Source of the DNA: Bacilli bacterium
Lineage (GTDB): Bacteria > Bacillota_I > Bacilli_A > ML615J-28 > CAG-313
Direction: 5' to 3'
DNA: 64,000 nt
Assembly: GCA_017937305.1 (NCBI GenBank)
Contig: JAGBDV010000013.1
Location: forward strand, 4,983-68,982
The notes beneath the pieces were generated by a model. It worked only from the letters and a program-made list of their open reading frames with translations. It had not been told where the DNA came from and made no database searches. This document shows positions 38,355-49,505 of this stretch, in pieces. The translations under genes were made by a program, and so were the position numbers. Each line of letters starts with the position of its first letter. Within the stretch, counting starts at the first letter, position 1.

Positions 38355-39209
38355 CTAGCTTTCTATTAAATTAGTAATTTTAATTTCTTCAAAGTTAGTA
38401 TATGAAACAATTGCTTTACGCATTTTTTTAACTAACTTTTTAGCTTTTAAAGCTGTACGTTCATTTAAATATAGTAATTTAAAATCAACATCTTTAACTT
38501 CATTCATTAGTTTTTCTACATATTTATAAAAAATTTCAATAGGTACAAGAGCAATTAAATTTTCTTCTTCTTCAACTTGTACATAATTTAAGTGTGGTGG
38601 AAAAAGTGTAGGAGTTCCTACTTTCCAACTAATACTAGTACATACTAAATTAGTTCTTTTTTCACGCATTATATTATATTTTTTTACAATAACATCGCCT
38701 TTAACTAAACTTGGAAGTTCATTAATCATTGATTGATAACAACACATTTCATTAAGCACAGGCATAGGAACTTTATAAGTTACTACGTCTTCGTTTTCTT
38801 CTAAGTACTTAACACGATCTTTTCCAAGAGCAGTTATAAGTTCAAACATATCAAATGAATGAATATTATCAAATAAATCACAATATACTGCAAGTTCAAA
38901 CTTTTCGCATATTTCACTTATTTGTTTAAAAATTAATCTACTAATATATTGAGGTAATACACTTGGAATTTCACATAAGAAATGTAGATTAGTGTAATCA
39001 CGATTTAAACGATATAAACTAGAAACTCGAGAACGTTTAGTAATTAAGAATTTATATGTAAAATCAAAATTGCTCATATTGATAGAAATTTCAACTTCAT
39101 CATCATTAGATTTGATAACACAATTTTCTAAATTATCGAAATATCCATCAACTAATTGATAAAAATCAATTCGTGGTTTAGTTCTTTCCCTGAAAAAATG
39201 AATAATCAT
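38355..39209 (-). CDS. hypothetical protein
   Basis: 284 aa ORF between ileS and deoC on the same strand. SD (AGAGGT) lies upstream. No family recognised. Confidence 0.5.
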   Translation of the reverse strand: MIIHFFRERTKPRIDFYQLVDGYFDNLENCVIKSNDDEVEISINMSNFDFTYKFLITKRSRVSSLYRLNRDYTNLHFLCEIPSVLPQYISRLIFKQISEICEKFELAVYCDLFDNIHSFDMFELITALGKDRVKYLEENEDVVTYKVPMPVLNEMCCYQSMINELPSLVKGDVIVKKYNIMREKRTNLVCTSISWKVGTPTLFPPHLNYVQVEEEENLIALVPIEIFYKYVEKLMNEVKDVDFKLLYLNERTALKAKKLVKKMRKAIVSYTNFEEIKITNLIES

Positions 39210-39260
39210 TCCAAGTACCTCTTTTCTATATAAATTTAATAATATTTTTTAATAAAACAT

Positions 39261-42005
39261 TTATTTATTAACAATCTTTTGACAACGTTCACATAAACAA
39301 TCTTCATTAACGTTATCAACAATTTGCCAACATCTTGCACAAGTAACACCTTCACATGCAGTAACTTTAATCTTTGCAGTAGGATATTCAACACCATCTT
39401 CTAAATTTGAAACAACTTCACATTTAGAAACAATGAATACTTGACCAAAATTTAAATGGAAATCAACAAGCTCTTTAGCCATTTCATCAGTTGGACAAAT
39501 TACTAAATGAGCATTTAAGCTCTTACCAATAATTTTTTCATTACGAGCTGCTTCTAATGCTTTTAATACATCATCTCTTAAAGCCATAAATTTAGTGAAT
39601 TTTGTAATAATAGTTTCACTACCATCATAATATACTGGTTTAACCATATCACATAAGTAGATAGATTCTTTCTTTTCACCAGGCATATAGCTATAAACTT
39701 CTTCCATAGTATGAGGAAGGATTGGAGTAAGCATTGTAGTAATAGCTTTTAAGCATTCAAAGAATACTGTTTGAATACTTCTTCTTTCAATACTATTAGC
39801 ATCATGAATATACAGAATGTCTTTAGTAAAGTCTAAATAGAATGCAGATAAATCATTAGTTAAGAAATTAAGAATTAAACGGTAAACTCCATCAAATTCA
39901 TATACATTATAAGCATTATGAACTTCTTTAACAACTTCATTTAAACGACATAAAATATATTTATCTACTTCACCAAGATTTGCATAATCAACTTTATCAT
40001 TTTTAGGATTATAATCAAATACATTTGCAAGTAAGAATCTTAAAGTATTTCTAATCTTGCGATATGATTCACTAATTTGTTTTAATAATTCTTTTGACAT
40101 TGGCATATCAGATTGATAAGCAACACTTGATACCCATAGTCTTAAAATATCAGCACCTGATTCTTTACATACTTGAATTGGATCAACAGTATTACCTAAA
40201 GATTTAGACATCTTTCTGCCTTGACCATCAAGTGTAAAGCCATGTGAAATAATTGTCTTATATGGTGCTTTACCTTCAAGTGCAACACTAGTAATTAAAC
40301 TAGAATTAAACCATCCACGATATTGGTCAGAACCTTCTAAATATACATCAGCAACGCAAGTACCATATTTCTTTAAAAGTGCACCATGATGTGATGTACC
40401 AGAGTCAAACCATACATCCATAATATCAGTTTCTTTTGTGAAGATACCATTCGGACTTCCTACATGAGTAAATCCTTCAGGAAGTAAGTCTTTTGCATCT
40501 CTTTCAAACCATACATTTGAACCATATTGTTCATAAAGATCAGCAACATGATTAATTACATCTTGATCTAAAATAGCAGTACCATCTTCAGCATAGAATA
40601 CAGGAATTGGAACACCCCATACTCTTTGACGAGAAATACACCAATCTTGTCTATCTTTAATCATATTAGCAAGTCTTACTTCACCCCAACTAGGATACCA
40701 GTTAACTGTTTTAATTGCTTCTAAAATATCATTCTTAAACTTATCAATAGATGCAAACCATTGTGGAGTGGCACGGAAAATAATTGGTTTTCCTGTTCTC
40801 CAGTCATGAGGATAGCTGTGCATAAAGTTATATTTATTTAATAGCATACTTTCTTCATCAAGACGTTTAATTACTTCATCATTTGCAACTTCATAGAACA
40901 TTCCTGCAAATTCACCAGCTTCTTCTGTCATGAAACCTCTTGAATCAACTGGGCATAAAACCTCAAGACCATATTTTTTACCAACATTAAAGTCGTCTTC
41001 CCCATGTCCAGGAGCAGTATGAACTAACCCTGTACCTGATTCAAGTGTAACATGATCACCTAAAATAACAGGAGAAACACGGTTATATAGTTTATGTAAG
41101 TATTTAACACCTTCTAAACTTGCACCATTAATAGTTTGGATAATTTCATAATTTTCCCAACCAATTGCTTTAGCTGCACTTTCTAATAATTCAGCTGCAA
41201 CAACAAAGAATCTTTCTTCAACTTTTACAACTACATATTCAAATTCAGGTCCTGCACAAACTGCAAGGTTAGCTGGAATTGTCCAAGGAGTAGTTGTCCA
41301 AATTACAAGTTCACAGTCATTTGATAAAACATCTTTACCATCAACAACAGGGAATGCAACATAAATTGATGTAGCAGATACATCTTTATATTCAATTTCA
41401 GCTTCTGCTAAAGCAGTTTCAGATGATGGAGACCAATAAACTGGTTTTAATCCTTTAAAGATTAAACCACGAGCAGCCATTTTACCAAAACATCTAATTT
41501 GTTCTGCTTCAAATGAGTGAGTTAAAGTAATATAAGGATCTTTCCAATCACCTAAAATACCAAGGCGTTTAAATCCAATCTTTTGTTGAGCAATTTGTTC
41601 TAGCGCATATTTTTCACATAATGTTCTAAAATCTGCAACGCTCATTTCTTTACGATTAACTTTTTTATTCTTAGTTAATGCTTGTTCAATTGGAAGACCA
41701 TGTGTATCCCAACCTGGTTGATAAGGTGAATAAAATCCATTCATTGTTTTATATCTAACAATAAAATCTTTTAAGATTTTATTAAGTGCATGACCTAGAT
41801 GGATATTACCATTTGCATAAGGAGGACCATCATGTAAAAAGAATGGTTCTTTACCTTCATTTTTCTTAACAACCTTTTCATAAATATTTAGTTCTTCCCA
41901 TTTTTCTTGAATAGGAAGTTCATTAACACCTAAATTACCACGCATTGGAAAATCTGTTTTTGGCATTAATAATGTATCTTTAAAGTCTTTTGTTTTTAAG
42001 TCCAT
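39261..42005 (-). CDS. ileS: isoleucine--tRNA ligase
   Basis: 914 aa. HIGH ([11 protein letters not shown]), KMSKS (KMSKSLGN) and C-terminal Zn-finger cysteines. Confidence 0.97.
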   Translation of the reverse strand: MDLKTKDFKDTLLMPKTDFPMRGNLGVNELPIQEKWEELNIYEKVVKKNEGKEPFFLHDGPPYANGNIHLGHALNKILKDFIVRYKTMNGFYSPYQPGWDTHGLPIEQALTKNKKVNRKEMSVADFRTLCEKYALEQIAQQKIGFKRLGILGDWKDPYITLTHSFEAEQIRCFGKMAARGLIFKGLKPVYWSPSSETALAEAEIEYKDVSATSIYVAFPVVDGKDVLSNDCELVIWTTTPWTIPANLAVCAGPEFEYVVVKVEERFFVVAAELLESAAKAIGWENYEIIQTINGASLEGVKYLHKLYNRVSPVILGDHVTLESGTGLVHTAPGHGEDDFNVGKKYGLEVLCPVDSRGFMTEEAGEFAGMFYEVANDEVIKRLDEESMLLNKYNFMHSYPHDWRTGKPIIFRATPQWFASIDKFKNDILEAIKTVNWYPSWGEVRLANMIKDRQDWCISRQRVWGVPIPVFYAEDGTAILDQDVINHVADLYEQYGSNVWFERDAKDLLPEGFTHVGSPNGIFTKETDIMDVWFDSGTSHHGALLKKYGTCVADVYLEGSDQYRGWFNSSLITSVALEGKAPYKTIISHGFTLDGQGRKMSKSLGNTVDPIQVCKESGADILRLWVSSVAYQSDMPMSKELLKQISESYRKIRNTLRFLLANVFDYNPKNDKVDYANLGEVDKYILCRLNEVVKEVHNAYNVYEFDGVYRLILNFLTNDLSAFYLDFTKDILYIHDANSIERRSIQTVFFECLKAITTMLTPILPHTMEEVYSYMPGEKKESIYLCDMVKPVYYDGSETIITKFTKFMALRDDVLKALEAARNEKIIGKSLNAHLVICPTDEMAKELVDFHLNFGQVFIVSKCEVVSNLEDGVEYPTAKIKVTACEGVTCARCWQIVDNVNEDCLCERCQKIVNK

Positions 42006-42018
42006 GATAGACTCCTTT

Positions 42019-42747
42019 CTAATGTTTCACACTAATTTTTACAATTGTACGGTTTTTCTTTGATAAACCCATAATTTCTAATATTTCTACACGGCCAAAC
42101 TTTCTAATCGAAAGTAAGTCATTCTCTTTTACTGTATGAGAAATATTTAAACATTCTTTATGATTAATTAATACAAGACCTGAATTTATTAAATCAACTG
42201 CTTCACTACGTCCACAGTTTATAGCTTTTGCAACAACCGCATCAAGTCTCATACTTGCAACATTAATTGTTTGAATAACTTCTTTTTTTTCAGTTTGAAT
42301 AAAATTTTTTATAATTTTAAAGTTCATTCTTTGATGAGATATCATTGTAAGATTATTAATTAAAAAATCACTAATTTCTAAACTTGCAAATATTGTAATT
42401 AAATTATTTTCAACTACAATATCTCCAAAAGTATTTCGTTTAATTCCAAATGCCATAATAGTACCAAGCACATTACGATGTGAAATCTCACCAAATTTAG
42501 GATCGTATGAACTTTGTAATATCACGATATCATAATTTAACTTAGAATTATCTAAATATCCAATAAGTGCTCTTTTTCGTTCAGCACCATCATATCCACC
42601 ATCTAAATATAAATCAATATCATGACTCTTTACAGCATAAATCTCTTTTTGTTCTTCGAAATCTAAAAAATCAGTAAGTACGATATCTCCACGTAAGACG
42701 ATTTTTTTATAATCACCTAGTTTATCTTTAATCATCGATATGGCCAA
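42019..42747 (-). CDS. ylmH: YlmH-like S4-domain RNA-binding protein
   Basis: FLDFEEQ...[10 protein letters not shown]...C-terminal S4-like segment. Position between sepF and ileS. Start ambiguous (TTG at 42747 or ATG at 42735). Confidence 0.75.
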   Translation of the reverse strand: MAISMIKDKLGDYKKIVLRGDIVLTDFLDFEEQKEIYAVKSHDIDLYLDGGYDGAERKRALIGYLDNSKLNYDIVILQSSYDPKFGEISHRNVLGTIMAFGIKRNTFGDIVVENNLITIFASLEISDFLINNLTMISHQRMNFKIIKNFIQTEKKEVIQTINVASMRLDAVVAKAINCGRSEAVDLINSGLVLINHKECLNISHTVKENDLLSIRKFGRVEILEIMGLSKKNRTIVKISVKH

Positions 42748-43063
42748 ATTCCTTAACCCATTTTTCTAAACTACCATCTGAAAATGCAGCATCTGATGCA
42801 ATAAGATATGACTCTGCACCAATTTGATAAACACGACCTGCAATAGCATAGTTTAAACCAGATAGGAAAGATAAAACTCGATTACAAACATTAACATCTT
42901 TTACTGTATCAAAATTTAATAATACTGGGCAATCACTAAGAATTGCTTCAGCTAGTTCAATCATTTGATCATCAATAGTTCCATCATCTTGTAAATTATA
43001 GCTTAACAAACGATCAAACGAAGTACCTAAATTCTTTTTACTTATTTTCTTCTTTGCAGCCAT
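42728..43063 (-). CDS. sepF: cell division protein SepF
   Basis: 111 aa with the SepF core (CPVLLNFDTV...RVLSFLSGLNYAIAGRVYQIGAESYLIA). Downstream of yggS. Confidence 0.75.
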   Translation of the reverse strand: MAAKKKISKKNLGTSFDRLLSYNLQDDGTIDDQMIELAEAILSDCPVLLNFDTVKDVNVCNRVLSFLSGLNYAIAGRVYQIGAESYLIASDAAFSDGSLEKWVKEFGHIDD

Positions 43064-43073
43064 TTTAAATCAC

Positions 43074-43733
43074 CTATTTAGATAAAATTTGTCCTAAACG
43101 TACAAACGTAGCACCATGTTCTATTGCTATCTTATAATCATTACTCATCCCCATTGAAAGGTGAGTACATGGAGCATAAGGAAGATTAAGTGCTTGTACT
43201 TCTTTTTGTAGTTCAACCATTGCATCAAAATATGATGCAATTAAATCTTCATCAAATGTATTTTTCCCAGTAGTCATTAATCCTACAACTTCAATTTTTT
43301 CATATTTTGCAAGACTTTTTATAAAAGGAATGACTTTTGATTCATCTAGTCCTGCTTTATTTGGACTACTTGCGATATTTACATATACAAAACATTTTAA
43401 AGGATCTTTTCTTTTTCTAGCTTTATTAATTGCATTTGCAAGATCAATACTATCTAAAGAATGTAAATAATCAATAGCATCGATAAAAGCACTATTTAAT
43501 TTTGGAGGAATTTTAATAATCCCAAAATAATGCCATGTAATTGGATACTCCTTTAATGCTTCATATTTTTCTAGGAATGCATCTTTTCTATTTTCGCCTA
43601 TATCTGTAATTCCAGCTTCTACTATTTCTTTTGTTTTATTAATATCAAAGTATTTTACTGCTGCAACTACTCTTACGTTAGTGTGAGCTTCTAAAGTAGT
43701 TCTTACTTTAATAACTTGATCTTTTACTGCCAT
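43074..43733 (-). CDS. yggS: YggS/YlmE family pyridoxal-phosphate homeostasis protein
   Basis: VVAAVKY...GENRKDAF...WHYFG...SMGMSNDY...G.TFVRLG. Confidence 0.9.
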   Translation of the reverse strand: MAVKDQVIKVRTTLEAHTNVRVVAAVKYFDINKTKEIVEAGITDIGENRKDAFLEKYEALKEYPITWHYFGIIKIPPKLNSAFIDAIDYLHSLDSIDLANAINKARKRKDPLKCFVYVNIASSPNKAGLDESKVIPFIKSLAKYEKIEVVGLMTTGKNTFDEDLIASYFDAMVELQKEVQALNLPYAPCTHLSMGMSNDYKIAIEHGATFVRLGQILSK

Positions 43734-43772
43734 GTTCTCACCTCTTTTTTTATATGCATTTTATTCTTTCTT

Positions 43773-43801
43773 ATTATACCATATTTTAGAAAATATTACA
43801 A
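43773..43801 (-). promoter_or_regulatory. putative sigma-A promoter TTGTAA-17-(TGG)TATAAT for yggS-sepF-ylmH-ileS
   Basis: On the minus strand, TTGTAA at 43801..43796 and TATAAT at 43778..43773, preceded by TGG. Confidence 0.5.
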
Positions 43802-43933
43802 GTTATTAAATCATAGATATTTCATAAGATTTTTTTGCACTAATATTATTAATTTTACAAAATAATTTTTAAAAGTATTTTTATTTTATTGCTAATTTTT
43901 TTTATTCTACAATGTTTTTATAATCTTCTTCAC

Positions 43934-43962
43934 TTGCAAAAAAGCACTACTTATGATAAAAT
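43934..43962 (+). promoter_or_regulatory. putative sigma-A promoter TTGCAA-17-TGaTAAAAT for metK-argS
   Basis: -35 at 43934..43939 and -10 at 43957..43962, with TG at 43954..43955. This leaves only about 35 nt of leader before the metK ATG. Confidence 0.55.
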
Positions 43963-44004
43963 ATATAAAGCCACAAATATTAAAAATAAGAAAGGAAAAA
44001 CAAT

Positions 44005-45159
44005 ATGGTAAAAGAACGAAGAATTTTTACATCTGAATCTGTTACTGAAGGCCATCCTGACAAAGTGTGTGACCAAATTTCTGATGCAATCTTAGATGAT
44101 ATTTTGGCACAAGATCCTTCTGCTCACGTAGCATGTGAAGTATGCGCAACAACAGGATTAGTTATGGTAATGGGTGAAATAACAACTACTGGTTACTGTG
44201 ACGTACAAAAAATCGTTAGAGAAACTGTTGAACAAATTGGCTACAATCGTGGAAAAATTGGATTTGATGCTGAAAACCTTGCTGTACTTGTTTCTTTAGA
44301 CTCTCAATCACCTGATATTGCAATGGGTGTTAAAGATGGAGATGGTGCTGGTGACCAAGGAATGATGTTTGGTTACGCATGTAAGGAAACTGAAGAATTC
44401 ATGCCACTTCCAATTATGCTTGCACATAAACTTGCTAAGCGTTTAGCTGATTTAAGAAAATTAGAAGGACATAATGAATTACGCCCTGACGGAAAGACTC
44501 AAGTGTCTGTCGAATATGATGAATGTAATAATCCTGTAAGAATTGACACTATCGTTATTTCTACACAACATAATGAAGAAGTAACACAAGAATACTTAAG
44601 AGAATTAATGATTAATGAAGTTATTAATAAAGTAATAGATTCATCTTTAATAGATGAAGAAACTAAAATCTTTGTTAACCCTACAGGAAGATTTGTAATT
44701 GGTGGACCAAAAGGTGATACAGGACTTACTGGTAGAAAAATCATTGTAGATACATACGGTGGTTATGCACCTCATGGTGGAGGAGCATTCTCAGGAAAAG
44801 ACCCAACTAAAGTTGATAGAAGTGCTTGTTATGCTGCAAGATATGTTGCTAAAAACTTAGTAGCTGCAGGATTTGCAGAAAAACTTCAAATTCAAGTTTC
44901 TTACGCAATTGGTGTAGCAGAACCTACAAGTATTTGCATTGATACATTTGGTACATCTAAATACACAGAATTTGAGCTTATTAAAATTGTGAGAGAAAAC
45001 TTTGACTTAACTCCAAAAGGAATTATTAATACCCTTAACCTAAAGCGTCCTATCTATAAACAAACTGCTGCATATGGACACTTTGGAAGAACTGATATTT
45101 CACTTCCTTGGGAAAACTTAGATAAAGTTGAAGCTTTAAAAAAATATTTAACTAAATAG
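44005..45159 (+). CDS. metK: S-adenosylmethionine synthetase
   Basis: [24 protein letters not shown]...[12 protein letters not shown]...GGGAFSGKD. Confidence 0.97.
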   Translation: MVKERRIFTSESVTEGHPDKVCDQISDAILDDILAQDPSAHVACEVCATTGLVMVMGEITTTGYCDVQKIVRETVEQIGYNRGKIGFDAENLAVLVSLDSQSPDIAMGVKDGDGAGDQGMMFGYACKETEEFMPLPIMLAHKLAKRLADLRKLEGHNELRPDGKTQVSVEYDECNNPVRIDTIVISTQHNEEVTQEYLRELMINEVINKVIDSSLIDEETKIFVNPTGRFVIGGPKGDTGLTGRKIIVDTYGGYAPHGGGAFSGKDPTKVDRSACYAARYVAKNLVAAGFAEKLQIQVSYAIGVAEPTSICIDTFGTSKYTEFELIKIVRENFDLTPKGIINTLNLKRPIYKQTAAYGHFGRTDISLPWENLDKVEALKKYLTK

Positions 45160-45169
45160 TAGGTATAAT

Positions 45170-46840
45170 ATGCTTAATAAATTAATGAATGATATTCGTA
45201 AAGAAATTTACGAAACAATTGAAAAATTAGGTTATCTTGATAATCAAGTAATCCCTAATCAAGATGCAATTGTTTTAGAAACTCCAAAAGATAAAAGTTT
45301 TGGTGACTACGCAACAAACGTTGCAATGCGTCTTGCAAGAGTAGCTAGAAAAGCACCACTTGTAATCGCAAATGAAATCTGTACAAATTTAGATATCAAT
45401 AAAATTCATTTATCTAAAATCGATGCAGTAGCACCAGGATTTATTAACCTAACACTTGATTTAAACTACTTATCTAATATTATTAATCAAGTATTGAAAG
45501 AAGGCTCTTCTTATGGTTCATTATCAATTGGTGAAAACGAACATATTTGTTTAGAATATGTTTCAGCTAACCCAACTGGTTATTTACATGTAGGACATGG
45601 TCGTGGTGCTGCATATGGAGCATCTTTAGCTAATATTCTAAAGAAAGCTGGTTACAAAGTAAATAGAGAACACTATGTAAACGATGCAGGCAACCAAATC
45701 ACTAACATGGCAAAATCAGTTTATGCACGTTATGAAGAATTATTTGGTAGACCTTTAAACATTCCAGAAGATGGATATCATGGTAAAGAAATCATTACTG
45801 TTGCGGAAGAATTCAAAAAGCAATATAATGATGAATATCTTGATAAATTTGATCTTAATCTATTTAGAAAGTTTGGTACAGAAAAACTATTAAACAATTT
45901 AAAAAGAGACTTAAAATCATTCAATGTAGAATTTGACACATGGTTTTCTGAAACTTCACTATATGAATCAGGTGCTGTAGAAAACACTTTAAATCTTCTA
46001 AAAGACAATGATTTCACATATGTTAAAGATGAAGCATTATGGCTAAAAACTTCAACTTATCGTGATGAAAAAGATAGAGTAATTGTAAAATCAGATGGAA
46101 GTTTCACTTATCTTCTTCCTGATATTGCATATCACGCAAATAAGCTATCACGTGGATATACTCACCTAATTGATGTACTTGGAGCTGACCATCACGGTTA
46201 CATTGATAGACTTCATGCAGCTGTATCTATGGTTGGTGGTGATTCAAATCTAATAGATGTTGAAATTCTTCAAATGGTAAGAGTTATTGAAAATGGTGAA
46301 GAAGTAAAAATGAGCAAACGTAGTGGTAAAGCAATCACTCTAATCGATTTAATCAATGAAGTAGGAACTGATGCTTTAAGATACTTCTATGTAGAAAAGT
46401 CTCTTTCAACTCATATGGACTTAGACTTAGGGCTTATGAAACAAAAATCAACTGACAATCCAGTTTACTATGCTCAATATGCTCACGCAAGAATTTCAGG
46501 CATCTTTGAAAAATGGAATAGTTTAGGTAATGAATTTACTCCAGTTACCGAATTTAAAGTATTAGATTTAACAAAAATCAAAGATCTATGTTTAACATTA
46601 ATCAAATACCCTGCAGTTATTGAAGAAGCAGCAACTAAACGTTTAGTTCATAAACTTCCTCAATACATCAACCTTCTTGCATCTAATCTTCATAGTTTCT
46701 ATAATGATGAAAAAGTAATTACAGAAAACATTGATGAGACATTAGAAAAACTTACTGTTTTAAAAGCAGTTCAAGTAGTATTAAAAGATGCATTATCTTT
46801 AATTGGTGTATCTGCACCTGAAAAAATGGAACAAAAATAA
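45170..46840 (+). CDS. argS: arginine--tRNA ligase
   Basis: 556 aa. SANPTGYLHVGHGRG (HIGH region), MSKRSGK, DALR anticodon-binding C-terminus. 10 nt after metK. Confidence 0.95.
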   Translation: MLNKLMNDIRKEIYETIEKLGYLDNQVIPNQDAIVLETPKDKSFGDYATNVAMRLARVARKAPLVIANEICTNLDINKIHLSKIDAVAPGFINLTLDLNYLSNIINQVLKEGSSYGSLSIGENEHICLEYVSANPTGYLHVGHGRGAAYGASLANILKKAGYKVNREHYVNDAGNQITNMAKSVYARYEELFGRPLNIPEDGYHGKEIITVAEEFKKQYNDEYLDKFDLNLFRKFGTEKLLNNLKRDLKSFNVEFDTWFSETSLYESGAVENTLNLLKDNDFTYVKDEALWLKTSTYRDEKDRVIVKSDGSFTYLLPDIAYHANKLSRGYTHLIDVLGADHHGYIDRLHAAVSMVGGDSNLIDVEILQMVRVIENGEEVKMSKRSGKAITLIDLINEVGTDALRYFYVEKSLSTHMDLDLGLMKQKSTDNPVYYAQYAHARISGIFEKWNSLGNEFTPVTEFKVLDLTKIKDLCLTLIKYPAVIEEAATKRLVHKLPQYINLLASNLHSFYNDEKVITENIDETLEKLTVLKAVQVVLKDALSLIGVSAPEKMEQK

Positions 46841-46875
46841 AAATATCAAGAGTTCAACTCTTGATATTTTTTTTC
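46841..46875. terminator. bidirectional rho-independent terminator (argS / hppA convergent)
   Basis: atatcaagagt-tca-actcttgatat perfect 11-bp stem, with a T-run downstream and an A-run upstream. Confidence 0.65.
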
Positions 46876-46880
46876 ATATT

Positions 46881-49070
46881 TTAGAATAAACTTTGAATTA
46901 ATGAATAAAGTGCTGTAATTACTACAAATAATGTAGTAGCTACTGTTGACATCATCTTAATAAAGATATCTAGTGCAACACCAACAACGTCTTTTCTAGT
47001 ATCACCAATTGTATCACCTGTTACGGCAGCTTTATGAGCAGCTGAACCTTTTCCGTGACCTTCAATTGCTCCTGATTCAATATATTTCTTAGCATTGTCA
47101 AATGAACCACCTGAGTTACCCATGAAGATAGCACGTGGAATAGCAACAACTGTAGCACCAAGTAAAATACCAATTACAAATTCTGGACCTAAGATTGCAC
47201 CACCAACAAATGGAACTGCAAGAGCAATAACTGAAGGAAGTAACATTCTCTTAAGTGCTGTCTTAGTAGCAAGAGCAACTAATTCATTATAATCAGGATC
47301 TTTTTCACCAGCTAAAATAGCAGGATCAGATAATTGTCTATCACCAACATCAGCAAGTTCTTTGGCAGAAGCGATTGTATTATCTGTTAATAATGCACAG
47401 AAGAATTCAATTAATGCACCACCAATAATACATCCAGCAATTACCATAAAACTATCAATAGTTGGAACAACTTTTAAGTTAGAAACATAAGCACAAATTA
47501 ATGAAACTGTAGCAAATGCAGCTGAACCAATAGCAAAACCTTTACCAACTGCAGCAGTAGTATTACCAACAGAATCTAGTTTATCAGTAATATTACGAAC
47601 TTCAGGGTCTAAGTGACATGATTCTGCAAGACCACCAGCATTGTCTGCGATTGGACCAAATGCATCAATTGATACAGTAGTACCTACAAATGATAGCATA
47701 CCAAGTGCAGCGATAGCGATACCATAAGTTCCACCAATTGAAGCAGAAATTACTAATGAAATACCAATAATAGCAACAGGAAGCATAACTGATTTAGACC
47801 CAACAGCATCACCTTTTGTAACTACAAATGCTTCACCTTCAACAGCATATTCTGCAACTGTTCTAGTTGGTTTAAAGTCAGCTGAAGTGTAGTATTCTGT
47901 AATCATACCAATTGCAACACCACTAACTAGACCTAAAATACAACAAATCCAAGGAGTAGCCCATCCAGCTTTAAATCCAACTTCTTTTAAATCCATTCCT
48001 GTATTTGCAAATGCAATATATGAAAGTACACCTACAATTACAAGTGTTAAACCTGCTGAAATATATGTTGCAAGATTTAATTCTTTAGAAGGATTATCAC
48101 CCATTTTTCTAAATTGAACAATTAATAAGCCAATAACACATGAAAGTAAACCACCACCAGCAACTACAAGAGGGTAATAAACTGAAGAATTAAAGAATTT
48201 TTCAGTTACATTTACAGCAATACCAGAGTTTCCTAAGAATGCAATTGCAAGAACAATTGAAGCAGAAATTGTTGCAACAAAACTTTCTAAAAGGTCAGAA
48301 CAGTTACCAGCGATGTCGTTAACGTTATCACCAATAAAGTCAGCAATTACATTTGGAACACGGCTATCATCTTCTGGTAAATCATTACGAATTTTACCTA
48401 AGATATCTGCAGAAATATCAGCAGCTTTAGTATAGTTACCACCAGCAACACGATTAAACATTGCAACTGTAGAACATCCAAGTGAATAAGTTGTGATTCT
48501 CATTATTGCACTATTAGTAAGAAGTGCTTTAATTGGAATTAAACCATTACCTTCAAAACCTTTTATTGTATCAAGGTTTAATAAACTACCAATAATTGTA
48601 TCTTGTTGAGGACCTACACCACTAATTAATACAATAATTAAGATACCCATTAAACCTAATGCTTGTACACTTAAACCACTAATTGATCCCCCTTTTAATG
48701 CAACTTTAACAGTTTCACCAACATTTAAAGATTCTCTTGCTTTATTAGCAGTTCTAACATTTGCATAAGTTGCACTCTTCATACCTAGAATACAAACAAT
48801 ACTTGACATTGTAGCACCTAGAATATAAGTAATACCACTAAATTTTTCAATAAATAATGTGAATAATACTGCTAATGAAACAATAACAATTGCGATAGTA
48901 GTAAATTCTTTTTTAATAAATACGTTCGAACCATCACGAATGATTTGACTCATTTTGATCATTCTGTCAGTTCCTTCAGGCATACGTTTAATTACAATGT
49001 AGTTATAAACTACAAATAATAATGCAATTAAACATATTCCTAAAATAATCCATAACCATAAATTACTCAT
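46881..49070 (-). CDS. hppA: membrane-integral ion-translocating pyrophosphatase
   Basis: 729 aa, about 16 TMs. GDNVNDIAG, VGNTTAAVGKGFAIGSAAF, GGSFDNAKKYIE and GDTIGDTRKD motifs. Confidence 0.95.
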   Translation of the reverse strand: MSNLWLWIILGICLIALLFVVYNYIVIKRMPEGTDRMIKMSQIIRDGSNVFIKKEFTTIAIVIVSLAVLFTLFIEKFSGITYILGATMSSIVCILGMKSATYANVRTANKARESLNVGETVKVALKGGSISGLSVQALGLMGILIIVLISGVGPQQDTIIGSLLNLDTIKGFEGNGLIPIKALLTNSAIMRITTYSLGCSTVAMFNRVAGGNYTKAADISADILGKIRNDLPEDDSRVPNVIADFIGDNVNDIAGNCSDLLESFVATISASIVLAIAFLGNSGIAVNVTEKFFNSSVYYPLVVAGGGLLSCVIGLLIVQFRKMGDNPSKELNLATYISAGLTLVIVGVLSYIAFANTGMDLKEVGFKAGWATPWICCILGLVSGVAIGMITEYYTSADFKPTRTVAEYAVEGEAFVVTKGDAVGSKSVMLPVAIIGISLVISASIGGTYGIAIAALGMLSFVGTTVSIDAFGPIADNAGGLAESCHLDPEVRNITDKLDSVGNTTAAVGKGFAIGSAAFATVSLICAYVSNLKVVPTIDSFMVIAGCIIGGALIEFFCALLTDNTIASAKELADVGDRQLSDPAILAGEKDPDYNELVALATKTALKRMLLPSVIALAVPFVGGAILGPEFVIGILLGATVVAIPRAIFMGNSGGSFDNAKKYIESGAIEGHGKGSAAHKAAVTGDTIGDTRKDVVGVALDIFIKMMSTVATTLFVVITALYSLIQSLF

Positions 49071-49180
49071 ATTTTCTCCTTTTTATAATTATTATTTATA
49101 TTTTACCTATATAGTATACTACTTTTATGTTTTTTTTGCCATTAATATAAAAATAAAAGATATAGGAAGTCCTACACCTT

Positions 49181-49504
49181 TTACTTACGATTAATTGACT
49201 CTTCTTTAGTAAATCCATTTTTATATCTTTTTGAAAACTTTTCTATATTACCTTCGAATACATCTTCTAATTTTACATCTAATACATATGCAATTTCTGC
49301 AATATACCAACAAACATCACCAAGTTCTTCAATTATTTTTTCTTTATCAAGTTCATGACCTTGGGCATGATGTTTTTTTACAATATCAATTACTTCTCCA
49401 GATTCACCACAAAGTCCCATAACTCCATTAATTAAAACATCTTCTTTAGATAATTTATTATTAAGAAAAGTCATTGCTTTAGCTTGATATTCATTAAATG
49501 TCAT
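49181..49504 (-). CDS. MazG-like nucleoside triphosphate pyrophosphohydrolase family protein
   Basis: 107 aa. GLCGESGEV...EELGDVCWYIAEIA (EExxE/D metal motifs of the all-alpha NTP-PPase fold). Confidence 0.75.
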   Translation of the reverse strand: MTFNEYQAKAMTFLNNKLSKEDVLINGVMGLCGESGEVIDIVKKHHAQGHELDKEKIIEELGDVCWYIAEIAYVLDVKLEDVFEGNIEKFSKRYKNGFTKEESINRK

Positions 49505-49505
49505 T

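Noticed and set aside
43734-44004. The 270-nt AT-rich region upstream of metK, examined for a SAM riboswitch (S-box/SAM-I or SMK box).
   Set aside because: I saw none of the conserved S-box core sequences and no anti-SD pairing typical of the SMK box. A good promoter at 43934..43962 leaves only about 35 nt of leader. An Rfam scan (RF00162, RF01767) would settle it.
45160-45169. Possible T-box leader for argS.
   Set aside because: argS starts 10 nt after the metK stop, which leaves no space for a leader RNA.
49181-49504. MazG-like gene considered as a phage-derived or toxin-antitoxin-associated element.
   Set aside because: There is no adjacent mazEF-like pair and no phage genes. The small all-alpha NTP-PPase is common as a chromosomal house-cleaning enzyme.
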